Positions 26,046-41,537 of a stretch of 64,000 nt of DNA are shown here, in pieces. Origin of the DNA: Macrostomum lignano. Lineage: Eukaryota. Location: NCBI GenBank assembly GCA_002269645.1, contig NIVC01000977.1:248001-312000 (forward strand). The letters run 5' to 3'. Under the pieces are notes generated by a model. The model was not told the DNA's origin and did not search any database. It saw only the letters and a list, made by a program, of their open reading frames with translations. Every line of letters begins with the position of its first letter. The stretch's first letter is position 1. A program made the translations under genes and the position numbers.

Positions 26046-26559
26046 GTTCTAATATTCAAATGATATTAGTCATAGCCTGCTTTTGTTGGTCATATAACGT
26101 TGGTCATGCAAGACCTCAAGTAATATTTTCGCTCAGAACTGCAAACAGACACAATTTCTGGCCTCAATATTTCCCAGAAGTTCGTGTATCGCACAGGAAA
26201 TTCTTTGTAGCCAAAACAGTTTTGAATTTGCTACTAGATTCTTTCATAAACCATACCTACTAACAAATCAGTTCAGAGAGAGAGAAGTGAGACCGTGAAA
26301 AAACCGAGACTTCAGAGAGAAAAAATGGGATAATAGGGGAAGTTCTTAATCTCATCCGGTAACAGGATCTATCGGGAGGGTGACTTATTTGGATCTCCAA
26401 GCCCAGGAGGTTCTGATTGTAACAAATCAGAATTGTAGCGGAACTAATTTATGATTTATTATCATTTTTCGCTTTAACAACAGCCGAATTTCTGTGAAAA
26501 TGATTCATTTTTGGATTAGGAAAAGCGATCACCTGACATATGGTGATACTTCCTGACAT

Positions 26560-27235
26560 TCTAGCCTTCTCTTCCTGACATTCTAGCCTTCTCTTCCTGA
26601 CAGTCTAGCCTTCTCTTCCTGACATTCCAGCCTTCTCTTCCTGACATTCCAGCCTTCTCTTCCTGACATTCCAGCCTTCTCTTCCTGACATTCTAGCCTT
26701 CTCTTCCTGACACTGCAGCCTTCTCTTCCTGACATTCCAGCCTTCTCTTCCTGACAATCTAGCTTTCTCTTCCTGACATTCCAGCCTTCTCTTCCTAACA
26801 CTGCAGCCTTCTCTTCCTGACATTCCAACCTCTTCCTGACACTCCAGCCTTCTCTTCCTGACATTCCAGCCTTCTCTTCCTGACACTGCAGCCTTCTCTT
26901 CCTGACATTCCAGCCTTCTCTTCCTAACACTGCAGCCTTCTCTTCCTGACATTCCAGCCTTCTCTTCCTAACACTGCAGCCTTCTCTTCCTGACATTCTA
27001 GCCTTCTCTTCCTGACACTCCAACCTCTTCCTGACACTCCAGCCTTCTCTTCCTGACATTCTAGCCTTCTCTTCCTGACACTGCAGCCTTCTCTTCCTGA
27101 CATTCTAGTCTTCTCTTCCTGACATTCCAGCCTCTCTTCCTGATACTGCAGCCTTCTCTTCCTGACACTCCAACCTCTTCCTGACACTTCATCCCTTTCT
27201 CTGACATTCCAGCCTTCTCCCTGACACTACAGACT
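26560..27235. repeat. 22-bp minisatellite (CTTCTCTTCCTGACATTCCAGC)n
   Basis: Tandem units read directly. Confidence 0.9.
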
Positions 27236-28149
27236 TACCTAGGCACCAATTATCCCAAGTTTTCTTCTGACACTCTTGACGCCAAAATATCCAAAATCTA
27301 ATGGCGTTGAACACGAAAAAGTAACTTTGGATAGAAATAAACAATGTCCCATCCCTTTTGATTAGTGTTAAACAAAGCAATTTCCTTATAAAGTAAATAG
27401 TTAGACAATTATCTTAGCAGATCAGCTGAATAATTTAGTCTCTGGGTCCAGCTCGGTTTTACTCCACAACAACTCAAGGTAAAGCCTAACTCAGCATGCA
27501 CCCTGGCATAGCCCTGTGCGTGACATTGGGGATAAACTGCAACTCTCGGGCGATAATTTAATTACAGGGTACAAATTACTTAGGAAAGAAACTGTCTATG
27601 GCCAGTGGCCTTCATATAGTCTATGGCCGCGCGCTCGCGGTCGCGTGGACTGACCGATCATTTGTATAAATGTAGAGAGACAAATAACACTGACTGGTTG
27701 ACTGTTGGCCAGCTGCTATAAAGAAAGCGACATCACATGGCGTGGGACCTGCAACCTCAGCTTCCTCTACCTAATCGATTGGCACGCAAACATGTTCACT
27801 GAATCGTGTGATGGGATAAAGCCCCCCCCCCCTACACACACACCCTTTTATATACCTCTGCATGCATTTGGCGGCAAAACAGACACTACATGCGTACACA
27901 CAAAGGATAGAAAGGGAAAACCGTCTTCGCTCCGCTCTCTCGCTCCATCATCTATAAGTCGGCGTTTCAACGTTTTCTCCCTCCCTTTTTCTTTTGCAGG
28001 TGGGGGGTCTCGGGCGCCGCGGTTGCAGATTTGATGGGGCCAGCGGCCGAGCTGATTATTTTCGCTTGGCCGAGCCGAGGCCGCGGCGGGGCGGGCGGGG
28101 TGGATGGGAGAGAGAGACGAATTTTCAGTTCGTTCATGCACACTTCACA

Positions 28150-28320
28150 TCAGTCAACCACGAATCTCAGTGACATCTCAGTCAGTGACATTCCCCAGTC
28201 AGTGACATTCCCCAGTCAGTGACAGTCCCAGTCAGTGACATTCCTAATCTGTGACATTCCCAGTCAGTGACATCCCAGTCAGTGACATTCCCAGTAAGTT
28301 ACATCCCAATCAGTGGCATC
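28150..28320. repeat. Short ~17-bp array (CAGTCAGTGACATTCCC)n
   Basis: Tandem units read directly. Confidence 0.8.
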
Positions 28321-29049
28321 CCAGGTAGAATGCTCCTAGCCCTCCGAGAATTTTTCATTCATACTCTGTGTAAACTAAAAACTACACAACTTAGGCCTAT
28401 CGTGTATTAAGGACACCCCAGACTCCGGGGATTAATGCTCAATTAGGGATGCTTTGGCAACACGCACAAACACGCGACACCACACAAACGCGTGGTAAGC
28501 CGAGACAACAATTACGCAAACAGCAAAAAATCCTTGATCTCCGCCTGTTCCTTCGAATCGAATCGAATCCATTATCGACCGAGAGCTGCTCAGCCGAGCG
28601 GCTGCTCAAGCGGAGCACACGACAAGTGTGAAATCTTTGGATTATGGATTAACGCCTCTCCCCTGGACTGATTCGGACTGCAGGGATCAAAGACTGGATG
28701 AGGGGGGATTTTTGAGCTTGGAGCGAAGAGAGAGGAGAGCTCGGAGCGGGGAAGGTAAATCGATACCACGTGATGCTCATGGGGCGGTGAAATTCCGCAT
28801 GCAAAGGCCCTGAATGAGTAAAATTGGCCCAATGCATGCAAGCGGATGCTGCGTGAGCCCAATCGACTTTATCTGGATTATAGCGGCTAAAATCTGTGTG
28901 GGTTGGTCAGCCAGGGATGGCAAGAAAGAAACAACAGGTGACAAAGATGTTTAAAAACGAACGAGTTTGGTTCCTTGATGGAAATGTTTTTAGCTCGCCT
29001 GAAAACCAGAATTTCCTCGACTTGAAGCTTTAAAGTTCCTTCCCCCAGA

Positions 29050-30305
29050 ACCCTGAAGTTTCTCCCTCTGCAACCCTGAAGTTTCTTCCTCTGCAACCCT
29101 GAAGTTTCTCCCTCTGCAACCCTGAATTTCTTCCTCTGCAACCCTGAAGTTTCTTCCTCTGCAACCCTGAAGTTTCTTCCTCTGCAACCCTGAAGTTTCT
29201 CCCTCTGCAACCCTGAAGTTTCTTCCTCTGAAAGCCTGAAGTTCTCCCCTCGAAGCCTGAAGTTCTCCCCTCAAAGCCTGAAGTTCTCCCTTCGAAGCCT
29301 GAAGTTCTCCCCTCGAAGCCTGAAGTTCTCCCTTCGAAGCCTGAAGTTCTCCCCTCGAAGCCTGAAGTTCTCCCCTCGAAGCCTGAAGTTCTTCCCTCGA
29401 AGCCTGAAGTTCTCTCCTCGAAGCCTGAAGTTCTCCCCTCGAAGCCTGAAGTTCTCCCTTCGAAGCCTGAAGTTCTCCCCTCGAAGCCTGAAGTTCTCCC
29501 CTCGAAGCCTGAAGTTCTCCCTTCGAAACCTGAAGTTCTCCCCTCGAAGCCTGAAGTTCTCCCTTCGAAGCCTGAAGTTCTCCCCTCGAAGCCTGAAGTT
29601 CTCCCCTCGAAGCCTGAAGTTCTCCCCTCGAAGCCTGAAGTTCTCCCTTCGAAGCCTGAAGTTCTCCCCTCGAAGCCTGAAGTTCTCCCTTCGAAGCCTG
29701 AAGTTCTCTCCTCGAAGCCTGAAGTTCTCCCCTCGAAGCCTGAAGTTCTCCCCTCGAAGCCTGAAGTTCTCCCCTCAAAGCCTGAAGTTCTCCCTTCGAA
29801 GCCTGAAGTTCTCCCTTCGAAGCCTGAAGTTCTCCCCTCGAAGCCTGAAGTTCTCTCTTCGAAGCCTGAAGTTCTCCCCTCGAAGCCTGAAGTTCTCCCC
29901 TCGAAGCCTGAAGTTCTCCCCTCAAAGCCTGAAGTTCTCCCTTCGAAGCCTGAAGTTCTCCCCTCGAAGCCTGAAGTTCTCCCCTCAAAGCCTGAAGTTC
30001 TCCCTTCGAAGCCTGAAGTTCTCCCTTCGAAGCCTGAAGTTCTCCCCTCGAAGCCTGAAGTTCTCTCTTCGAAGCCTGAAGTTCTCCCCTCGAAGCCTGA
30101 AGTTCTCCCCTCGAAGCCTGAAGTTCTCCCCTCAAAGCCTGAAGTTCTCCCTTCGAAGCCTGAAGTTCTCCCCTCGAAGCCTGAAGTTCTCCCCTCGAAG
30201 CCTGAAGTTCTCCCTTCGAAGCCTGAAGTTCTCCCCTCGAAGCCTGAAGTTCTCTCCTCGAAGCCTGAAGTTCTCCTTTCGAAGCCTGAAGTTCTCCCCT
30301 CAAAG
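29050..30305. repeat. 23-bp array grading into a 21-bp array (GAAGCCTGAAGTTCTCCCCTC)n
   Basis: Explains the GELQASR and EGRTSGF periodic ORFs. Confidence 0.95.
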
Positions 30306-30834
30306 CCTCCCTGAAACCCAGAATTTCCTGACCTCAGAAAGGTCTCTTTCCAGGAATCATTGCCAGCTAGAGATCTGATCCCCTTTGCGATGCAGTTGGA
30401 TCGTTGAGTCAAAGCCTGCACGTGCACCGATGTAACTCTATATTGCTTTGGTTTGAAAACAAAGCTGCGCATTAATAGAAACTTTTTTGAAGCATTGAGA
30501 CTTAAAACACACTGCCTTGAACTACAGTTGGCAAACATTTTGTGTTTTTATTGATCATTTGTGCCAATTATTCACCCAATTGGTTTGCCAATGGATTGTC
30601 AATTAGTTAAATAATTTGACATTGATTTCTTAATTAGATTAAAAGCAAATTATTGACGAGAATTAAAGCAGATTCTATTACAAAAAACAATTAGTTTCAA
30701 AATCAAAACACAGGTTTTCTTTAACATAAGCTCCTGCATGTTCACTAAAACGGCCACTCTGAATTGACAATTGTCTAATTAGAAGAAGCAATGGTGCTCA
30801 ATGTAGTTAATTGGGTTTAATGAGATTCTGGGCG

Positions 30835-32290
30835 GGGTTTCAGGAGATTCTTTGGGGTTTCAGGAGATTCTGTGGGGTTTCAGGAGATTCTGTGGAGTTT
30901 CAGGAGATTCTGTGGGGTTTCCGGAGATTCTGTGGGGTTTCAGGAGATTCTGTTGGGTTTCAGGAGATTTTGTGGGGTTTCAGGAGGTTCTGTGGGGTTT
31001 CAGGAGATTCTGTTGGGTTTCAGGAGATTTTGTGGGGTTTCAGGAGGTTCTGTGGGGTTTCAGGAGATTCTGTTGGGTTTCAGGAGATTCTGTGGGGATT
31101 CTGTGGGGTTTCCGGAGATTCTGTGGGGTTTCAGGAGATTCTTCAAGGTCTCAGGAGATTCTGTGGGGTTTCAGGAGATTCTGTGGGGTTTCAGGAGATT
31201 CTGTGGGGATTCTGTGGGGTTTCCGGAGATTCTGTGGGGTTTCAGGAGATTCTTCAAGGTCTCAGGAGATTCTGTGGGGTTTCAGGAGATTCTGTGGGGT
31301 TTCAGGAGATTTTGTGGGGTTTCAGGAGATTCTGTGGGGCTTCAGGAGATTCTGTGGGGTTTCAGGAGATTCTGTGGGGATTCTGTGGGGTTTCCGGAGA
31401 TTCTGTGGGGTTTCAGGAGATTCTTCAAGGTCTCAGGAGATTCTGTGGGATTTCAGGAGATTCTGTGGGGTTTCAGGAGATTCTGTGGGGTTTCAGGAGA
31501 TTCTGTGGGGTTTCAGGAGATTCTGTGGGGATTCTGTGGGGTTTCCGGAGATTCTGTGGGGTTTCAGGAGATTCTTCAAGGTCTCAGGAGATTCTGTGGG
31601 ATTTCAGGAGATTCTGTGGGGTTTCAGGAGATTCTGTGGGGTTTCAGGAGATTCTGTGGGGTTTCAGGAGATTCTGTGGGGTTTCAGGAGATTCTGTGGG
31701 GTTTCAGGAGATTCTGTGGGGTTTCAGGAGATTCTGTGGGGTTTCAGGAGATTCTGAATGGAGTTTCAGGAGATTCTGAATGGGGTTTCAGGAGATTCTG
31801 GATGGGGTTTCAGGAGATTCTGTGGGGTTTCAGGAGATTCTGTGGGGTTTCAGGAGATTCTGTGGGGTTTCAGGAGATTCTGTGGGGTTTCAGGAGATTC
31901 TGAATGGAGTTTCAGGAGATTCTGAATGGAGTTTCAGGAGATTCTGGATGGGGTTTCAGGAGATTCTGAATGGGGTTTCAGGAGATTCTGTGGGGTTTCA
32001 GGAGATTCTGAATGGAGTTTCAGGAGATTCTGAATGGAGTTTCAGGAGATTCTGGATGGGGTTTCAGGAGATTCTGAATGGGGTTTCAGGAGATTCTGGA
32101 TGGGGTTTCAGGAGATTCTGAATGGGGTTTCAGGAGATTCTGAATGGAGTTTCAGGAGATTCTGGATGGGGTTTCAGGAGATTCTGAATGGGGTTTCAGG
32201 AGATTCTGGATGGGGTTTCAGGAGATTCTGAATGGGGTTTCAGGAGATTTTTTGGAGTTTCAAGAGATTTTGTGGGGTTTCAGGAGATTC
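30835..32290. repeat. 20-bp minisatellite (GGGGTTTCAGGAGATTCTGT)n
   Basis: Tandem units read directly. Confidence 0.95.
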
Positions 32291-33077
32291 TGGGTGGGGT
32301 TTCAGAACGGGAGTTTTTTCGGAAAAGAACTGTTACAAAAGGCTTGATTTGCCTGCATTTATACAAGCAAATCAGAATTTGCCCTATCAAAGTCAAACGC
32401 ACAAACAAAGGCATCGATTTTAAAAGAATTCAGACAAGCAAAAGTAGCAAAATCCTATCCGGCCATTAGCGAAGAATTTCTAATACCCTTTACTTGATTC
32501 AATGCAAAGGACAACTATTCAGAACTATAGATCAACTATATAACGGGGCTAATTTTGTGTCGGTTTATCATCGATGTTTATAGTTGAAGTCGATCTATTG
32601 CTCCATCACTATTTATAGGCATTGGAAGCTAAGAAGTTGACATCAGTGAGAGAAGAGAGGGCCGCCGTATGCAGAGGTTTATAAATCGATTTTTGGCATC
32701 TAATACTCAATAGCAGAGCTATATAGTAGAAGACTTAGAGACATGCGACTTGTCCATGGTACATACGAGCATAGTAACTCCATCCGGCCGCTCCGCTCTG
32801 CCTGAGCTGAGTGCAGCGCTGCATGGGTGCTCAAGCAGGGGGGGGGGTTGCAACGCAAGAAGAAGATGCTTTGGCATTTCGTGCAGATTAGATTTCCACG
32901 TTAGATCTGCGGGCGAGGAGGAGAGGGGAGACCGCGCCCAAACGTTGCTGCCCTCATACAGGTTGCGGGCTCAGATAGAGAAAAAGTAGATTAACGGTAA
33001 ATTAATCCTCTAAATCCTTGGCTCGCTCAGTTTTTGCTGTCGTGTAGCCAAACAAAATCTCTGATGCATGCAATAAA

Positions 33078-33790
<713 letters not shown>

Positions 33791-33799
33791 GACCACAGC

Positions 33800-34260
33800 T
33801 CAATCAGTTATATTTTCAAGCCAATCAGCCATTGACCGTAAAATTCGACCGTGCAGCCCCTCGCCTTTTTTTCCTTTGACCTCCTCTGATTGACAAGGGG
33901 ATAAAAGGGGATTTCTTTAGTAGTAGAAAAAAGCTACAAAGCTTAAAAGGGGAGCTTCAAGTGGATTTCCCACTTGCTCCCTAAATCGCCCTCCCTCAAT
34001 CCCGGCCTTGCATTTCCATTCGACGTGCTCAAAAAAAGCTCAATGATTCCCAATTTCTAAGAAAGCGACCGGGCCGCCGGGGCGGCAGCCAATGAGGAGC
34101 GGCGGCTGCGAGCTGCCGGTCGCGCCCCAATTGGGAATTCGGGGATCGGGGCGCGCCACAATTTGCCCAGCTCCCCTCGGCCCCAACCCCTCGCCTCGCA
34201 GTGTGAGCTGATGGGGAGGGGGGCAAAGGGGGGCATGGGGTGGCTGGCCCGCTTTGATGT
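33800..34260 (+). promoter_or_regulatory. Probable proximal promoter of the TCF gene
   Basis: CCAAT boxes near 33823 and 34090, GC-rich GCCGCC motifs at 34073-34106, TCF site GCTTTGATGT at 34251-34260, 300-750 bp upstream of the ATG. Confidence 0.45.
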
Positions 34261-34551
34261 AAAAGATAATTTTCCCTCTGTGCGTCTGTCTCTGCCTCTT
34301 TCTCCTTTTCTCCTTTTCTCTGACTTTTATCTTTTGAGAAGAGAGAGAGCAGGGCACGCTGAGACAAAGGTTCGATATTCTGCTCCCCTTTGTAACCAAA
34401 GCTAAAAAGAAGGCGGAAGGTGCGGTTTGTGTGAGACCAGCCCCTCCCGTGTGTGTGTGTGTGCCAGATCAAACGGGCGTAATCAAATTTCACAAAAGAC
34501 GGAAAGACCCCTGTGGAAAGTTACCAAAAGGAAATAAAAAGCGTTTAAAGG

Positions 34552-37500
34552 ATGGCAGAGTATGAAAGTCAGCTGCAGTATCAGGACCCGAACGGTGAGT
34601 GCCTCTCTTCAGGGCTTCAGAGCCCTGCTCTGTGAATTCTTATCGGCAGAAATAGAATATACAAGGCAGGCAGGTATATAAGCTGCCTGAATGTCTGCTT
34701 CAAATCGTTTGAGAATTTGAGTTTGAGATCTCAGTGAAATCTGTAGATATAGATTACCCATTCTTCAAGATCCCATGTGCATTGTGAAGGTCAACGCGTT
34801 GGTAAGTCAAGTCATTAACCAAATTTCACAGGCGCACCTGTTTCTTAGGTGGTCGCCCCTGTCTCTTAGGTGACCGACCCTGTCTCTTCGGTGGGCGCCC
34901 CCTGTCTCTTTGGTGGGCGCCCCTGTCTCTTAGGTGGGCGCCCCTGTCTCTTAGGTGACCGACCCTGTCTCTTAGGTGGTCGCCCCTGTCTCTTAGGTGA
35001 CCGACCCTGTCTCTTAGGTGGGCGCCCTTGTTTCTTAGGTGGTCGCCCCTGTCTCTTTGGTCGGCGCCCCTGTCTCTTAGGAGGGCGCCCCTGTCTCTTA
35101 GGTGGGCGCCCCTGTTTCTTAGGTGGTCGCCCCTGTCTCTTAGGTGGTCGCCCCTGTCTCTTAGGTGACCGACCCTGTCTCTTAGGTGGGCGCCCTTGTT
35201 TCTTAGGTGGTCGCCCCTGTCTCTTTGGTGGGCGCCCCCTGTCTCTTTGGTGGGCGCCCCTGTCTCTTAGGTGGGCGCCCCTGTCTCTTAGGTGACCGAC
35301 CCTGTCTCTTAGGTGGTCGCCCCTGTCTCTTAGGTGACCGACCCTGTCTCTTAGGTGGGCGCCCTTGTTTCTTAGGTGGTCGCCCCTGCCTCTTTGGTGG
35401 GCGCACCTGTCTCTTAGGAGGGCGCCCCTGCCTCTTTGGTGACCGACCCTGTCTCTTCGGTGGGCGCCCCCTGTCTCTTTGGTGGGCGCCCCTGTCTCTT
35501 AGGTGGGCGCCCCTGTCTCTTAGGTGGGCGCCCCTGTCTCTTAGGTGACCGACCCTGTCTCTTCGGTGGGCGCCCCCTGTCTCTTTGGTGGGCGCCCCTG
35601 TCTCTTAGGTGGGCGCCCCTGTCTCTTAGGTGACCGACCCTGTCTCTTAGGTGGTCGCCCCTGTCTCTTAGGTGACCGACCCTGTCTCTTAGGTGGGTGC
35701 CCTTGTTTCTTAGGTGGTCGCCCCTGCCTTTTTGGTGGGCGCACCTGTCTCTTAGGAGGGCGCCCCTGTCTCTTAGGTGGGCGCCCCTGTCTCTTAGGTG
35801 ACCGACCCTGTCTCTTAGGTGGTCGCCCCTGTCTCTTAGGTGACCGACCCTGTCTCTTAGGTGGGTGCCCTTGTTTCTTAGGTGGTCGCCCCTGCCTTTT
35901 TGGTGGGCGCACCTGTCTCTTAGGAGGGCGCCCCTGCCTCTTTGGTGGGCGCCCCCTGCCTCTTTGGGGGGGTGAATCCCTCTAAAAACGAATCTCATAA
36001 CTGACGAATCTCATAACTGACGAATCTCATCAGAGACGAATCTCATCAGAGACGAAACTCATCAGAGACGAATCTCATCAGAGACGAATCTCATCAGAGA
36101 CGAATCTCATCAGAGACGAATCTCATCAGAGACGAATCTCATCAGAGACGAATCTCATCAGAGACGAATCTCATCAGAGACGAATCTCATCAGAGACGAA
36201 TCTCATCAGAGACGAATCTCATCAGAGACGAATCTCATCAGAGACGAATCTCATCAGAGACGAATCTCATCAGAGACGAATCTCATCAGAGACGAATCTC
36301 ATCAGAGACGAATCTCATCAGAGACGAATCTCATCAGAGACGAATCTCATCAGAGACGAATCTCATCAGAGACGAATCTCATCAGAGACGAATCTCATCA
36401 GAGACGAATCTCATCAGAGACGAATCTCATCAGAGACGAATCTCATCAGAGACGAATCTCATCAGAGACGAATCTCATCAGAGACGAATCTCATCAGAGA
36501 CGAATCTCATCAGAGACGAATCTCATCAGAGACGAATCTCATCAGAGACGAATCTCATCAGAGACGAATCTCATCAGAGATGAATCTCATCAGAGACTGA
36601 TCTAATTGCAGACATATCTCCCAATAATGCAGCATCCCCAAACACATGATGACACATCATGTACACATGAAGTTGTTGAACCAAAATCAATTAATGGCGA
36701 AATCAACCCCTAAAAAGAGATCTGTGTACAGACCGCACGTGTCGAGCATGCTAAACGAGCATTCTTATCGATTCTAAAGTAAAAAAAATGAAAAAATATC
36801 AAACTGTAAGTATAGAAGAGTTGGACAAAGAGCTGAACAAAGATCCCTGCGCCACGCTCTGCTATTTTGCATGCTATGAAATTCGATAGGATTATTTCTA
36901 TTATAAATTGTTTTTTTTCAAGTCTGGAGTCTGCCCTGCCCCTCCCACATCCCATCCCAAATAGGATTTTTTCTTTTGTTTTGAGATGCATGCATCTTAT
37001 AGCTATGAGAGACACTGGAAGGAGGTTAATGGTCTGAGTCTATTCCCCAGATTGACACGTGTCAGTCACATGATTCAATGCCAAATTGGCATGGCACCGA
37101 TTCGATATTGTGTATAGATATACCATATACACGAAATATAAAAAACAGAATTGAAATCTGAGTCCTTTATTCTTTAGACCCAAAGAAAGGCAAGCGAGAT
37201 TGCATGGAATTTCAGATCTTAGACAAGCCTTGAATTGTTTCTGCGTTTTCTAGGGTTGAATAATTGATTTTTTATGCCTGAGAAATCGGTCCGTTTGAGC
37301 AATTGAGTTGTTACTCAATACTCCTCTTCTCTGTTTCCCCTCCCAGGGCCTCCCTCTCCCTCTCCCTCTCCCCTCCTTCTCCCCCTCCTTCTCCCCCTCC
37401 CTCTCTCCCCCTCACCCTCTACCCTCTCTCTCCCCCTCACTTTCTACTCTACCCTCTCTCGTTCTTCTCTATCTCCTTCTCTATCTCTCCCATCCCCCCT

Positions 37501-40500
37501 TCTCCCTCTCTAGAGCTCAAGAAAAGAAATTAGCAAGAATGGAGATTTTGGAAACGCAGACATGCAGACTCGAGTATAACGAAGTCAAGCGCATATAAGA
37601 TACTTCAGACACTCTTGATTAGCCCAATCTCTGCACCTCATCGGATTTCGCTAGCCCTCCCGAGCCTGATACAGGTGTGTATATTCAGAGCGGAAAGTCA
37701 AACGCGGGGTCAATATTATTCAATCTTCCTCTCCTTCAGCATAACAGGTTCGAATAGCGCTATGGCAATGCAGATGGCTGCTCAAGGAAGGAAGTCCAGT
37801 TGAGAACCCCATCCTATTGCTTGAGCACTGCGCGATGCCGTCTACCCAGCTAAAAATGAGTGGGCGGCGGAGGCCCATGCAGCTCTAATTCCGACATATT
37901 GATAATTCCCCAACCCCCCCATGTCGAGGGATTACAGACTTTCACGTCTGATTAGAGAGAGGAAAGGCAGGTCTATAAGGTCGCCATCAGTTCCTTTCTT
38001 TCTTCAATCTCGGCCGGCCGCCCCGTCATTCCCTCCTCTCCCTCCCCGAAGTCGAATTGAATTGTCGAAATCGTCATTTAGTTTTCGACTATAGCCTGCC
38101 TTCTCTATCTATAGCTGCATTCCTATACGAGCTTTATGGCAATTCCTAGTCAGACGCGGTCTTTCTTTTTTTTAACCGAAATTCTGGGCCTCCCGCTTGA
38201 GTGGCCTAACGAGATTAGCCTGACCGGGGGGGGGGGGGCGTCAGATGCTCCATAGAGTTCCGATTCTCGTCAGACCATCGCCTCCCTCTATAGTGATTCA
38301 GTCCTGGCGCAGCTTGCGTATAGGGGAATGCTTGACTATTTGACTTACATGGTAGGCCATCAGAGATCTAATGCAGACTCTGGATGTCATGACTCAAACC
38401 AATCTCTGATCTTTTTTCTGCTGAACCCTGCATGCCAAGTTGCTTCTGTTAGTGCGCGCTTCTGTTAGTGCGCGCTTCTGTAAGTGCGCGCTTCTGTTAG
38501 TGCGCGCTTCTGTAAGTGCGCGCTTCTGTTAGTGCGCGCTTCTGTTAGTGCGCACTTCTGCCAGTGCGCGCTTTTGTTAGTGCGCGCTTCTGTAAGTGCG
38601 CGCTTCTGTTAGTGCGCGCTTCTGTTAGTGCGCGCTTCTGCCAGTGCGCGCTTCTGCCAGTGCGCGCTTCTGTAAGTGCCGCTTCTGTTAGTGCGCGCTT
38701 CTGCCAGTGCGCGCTTCTGTCAGTGCGCGCTTCTGTTAGTGCGCGCTTCTGTTAGTGCGCGCTTCTGTTAGTGCGCGCTTCTGTTAGTGCGCGCTTCTGT
38801 TAGTGCGCGCTTCTGTTAGTGCGCGCTTCTGCCAGTGTGCGCTTCTTCCAGTGCGCGCTTATGCCAGCATCCGATCAATTATGATTTCTTATCCATTCTA
38901 TTGGGTGTTGAGTTGCAGACACGCACACAAACGGTGCACTGACTTAATAGCAACTAAATTAAATTGTATTCTATTTCTAAAGTTGATATCAATTTTGCAA
39001 ACTTTCGCAATTTGCTTCCGCAAGCAGGCCATCCCGACTCGGCGTCAGTTCCCTACTTGAGCGCCGCGGTTGCCACCCCGTCTCCAAGCGGCAGCGGCGG
39101 CAGCGTCGATGGCAGCCGAGGCGGCAACGGCTCGAACTCGGTTTCATCCGCCTCTGTATCCGTGTCGTCGGCGGCCGCCGCCGCAGCTGCCGCTCACGCG
39201 CAGCATCTGCAGCATCAGCAGCTGCAGCAGCAGCAACAGCAACAGCAGCAGCAATACCATCATTTTTATCCAGATTTTACCGGCTGGGGCGGCGGTGGCG
39301 GCCACCTGCCTGCCTACACCTCAGCCCAGATTGGCAGGTGCGGCAACTCCTCGTCAGCCATGGCCTACCATCAGCAGCAGCATCAGCAGCATCACATGCT
39401 GGCTCCACCGCCGCCGCCGCCTCCTCAGCAGACAGCGGCCGGTCTTGGCTGTCTGTCGCCCAGTCTCCTGCATCATCACTATCAGCAGCAGCAGCAGCAG
39501 CAGCATCCCTATGCCTACTATGACCAACTAGCTGCTCACGCTGAATGCCAGCAGCCTCTGATCGGCATCAAGAATGAGCCTTCTTCGCTGGCTCAGCATC
39601 ATCAGCTGCATCATCAGCATCAGCATCAGCAGCTTCCGCAGCACCAGCTTCAGCACCAGCATCAGCAGATGGAGCGTCTGATGACCACCACGGGGTACAG
39701 CGGCGGCGGCAGCGGAGGCGGCGGTGGCGGCGGAGGTTCCTCAGAGCCGAAGTCACGGAAGTCTCATCACCAGCAGCAGCAGCAACAGCAGCAGCACGTG
39801 AAGAAACCGCTAAACGCTTTCATGCTTTTTATGAAGGAGATGCGAGCCAAGGTCGTGGCGGAGTGCACACTCAAGGAGTCGGCCGCCATCAACCAGATTC
39901 TTGGGCGCAAGGTGAGCAGAGCAATTGCAAACTTGCGTCTGACGCACTCTCCATCTATCCCTCTCTCCATCTCCCTCTCTCCATCTATCCCTCTCTCCAT
40001 CTCCCCCTCTCCATCTACCCTCTCTCCATCTACCCTCTCTCCATCTAACCCCTCTCTCCACCTACCCCTCTCCTAATCTATCCCTCTCTCCATCGACCTC
40101 TCTCTATCTCTCTCTCTCTCCATCTACCACTTCCTCATCTACCATTTCCCTATCTACCATCTCCCCATCTACTATCACCCCATCTACCATCTCCTCATCT
40201 ACCATCTCCCCATCTACCATCTCCCTCCCTATCTACCATCTCCCCATCTATCATCTCCCCCCTCTACTCATACGTTCTCCTCACCTCTCCATCTACCCTT
40301 CCATCTAACTCTCTCTCTCCCTCTCTCTCTCCATGTCCGCTCAAAATCTCAGTCTTTACCTCATGGTCTATGTTTAACTGTAACTGAGGCAAACACTGGC
40401 ACATTTGCACATCAGCAACAATGCAAAGAAAAATTCCCCAAGGCCCAACAAGCAAGACAGCAAGCCTAGCTGGTATTACAGTGGCAACTTAACTATTAAA

Positions 40501-41505
40501 GCCTAAGGCAGCATCCTTCACGCGCGCATATTTATCAGCATTGCCCGAGGCCTGCCCATTCACAGCAATGCTATTTGAATGGGAAAACTTTTTTGCCTGT
40601 TGCAGCAATAAAATTTCTTTGCCCATCTCCCTAACAATAAACTCCCAGCCGTGTACAAGACTTGCTGCTTTGTTGAAGCCCATGCAGAAGCAGAAGAATT
40701 TAGTGCTAGGCAAGGCCGCAATTCCTCGAGGCACTCGAGACGCTGCAGTCCCGTTCGTGCCGCGGGACAAAGGGGAGACTCAGGGCCAGGCGTGTTCAGT
40801 TCCCAGGGTCTCCAGCAGCTCTTTAGCCTCATCAGATCTGGCACATCCACCTACTCCCAATTACCCACCCACCCCCGGGGGGGGGGAGGCTATTAACGAG
40901 ATCCTCACAGGCCTCATGCGAGTCTTGTTTGCTACTGTAGGGATCATAATTAATCTAAATTGCTAGCCACATCAATGGGCCAAACAGGTAACACACGAAA
41001 TACATGTACGAGTCTAGTTACCGGGTTAGGCGTGTGATTTTGGAGTAATAAACAAATTTACGGTCTAAAAATTGTATCACTAAGATTTATAGTGCCACTA
41101 CGGATAATTGATAGCTACCAGTATATTAGAGTCTGTATAAAGATGAAGATATTCACAAGTGACTCAGTGCATTGCATTTGCATGAGGGCACAAACCACAA
41201 ATGCACAGACTGTACATGTCGGATGATTAGAAAGTCAAGGCCGCTGTAAATCCTGTGTGAGCGTTTGCGTTGCTCATTCTCCCTGAGAACTACATGCCGC
41301 ACTGCGCCACCCTCCACTGCAGTGGCACAATCTGTCACGCGAGGAGCAGGCCAAGTACTACGAGCTGGCCCGCAAGGAGAAGGAGCTGCACATGCAGATG
41401 TACCCGGGCTGGACAGCGCGCGACAACTACGCGGTGCAGCTGGCCAACAAGAAGAAGGCCAAGAAGCGGCGAGGTGACTCCAACTTGTCGACGATGCACC
41501 AGCAG

Positions 41506-41537
<32 letters not shown>

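Noticed and set aside
28628-28813. Possible beta-catenin-binding first exon of TCF (DEGGF..., donor near 28756)
   Set aside because: No convincing match to the DELxxFxDE motif; only transcript data could rescue it.
28990-30538. 437-aa (GELQASR)n coiled-coil-like ORF and 502-aa ORF
   Set aside because: 21-bp tandem array; two frames open and no splice or flanking support.
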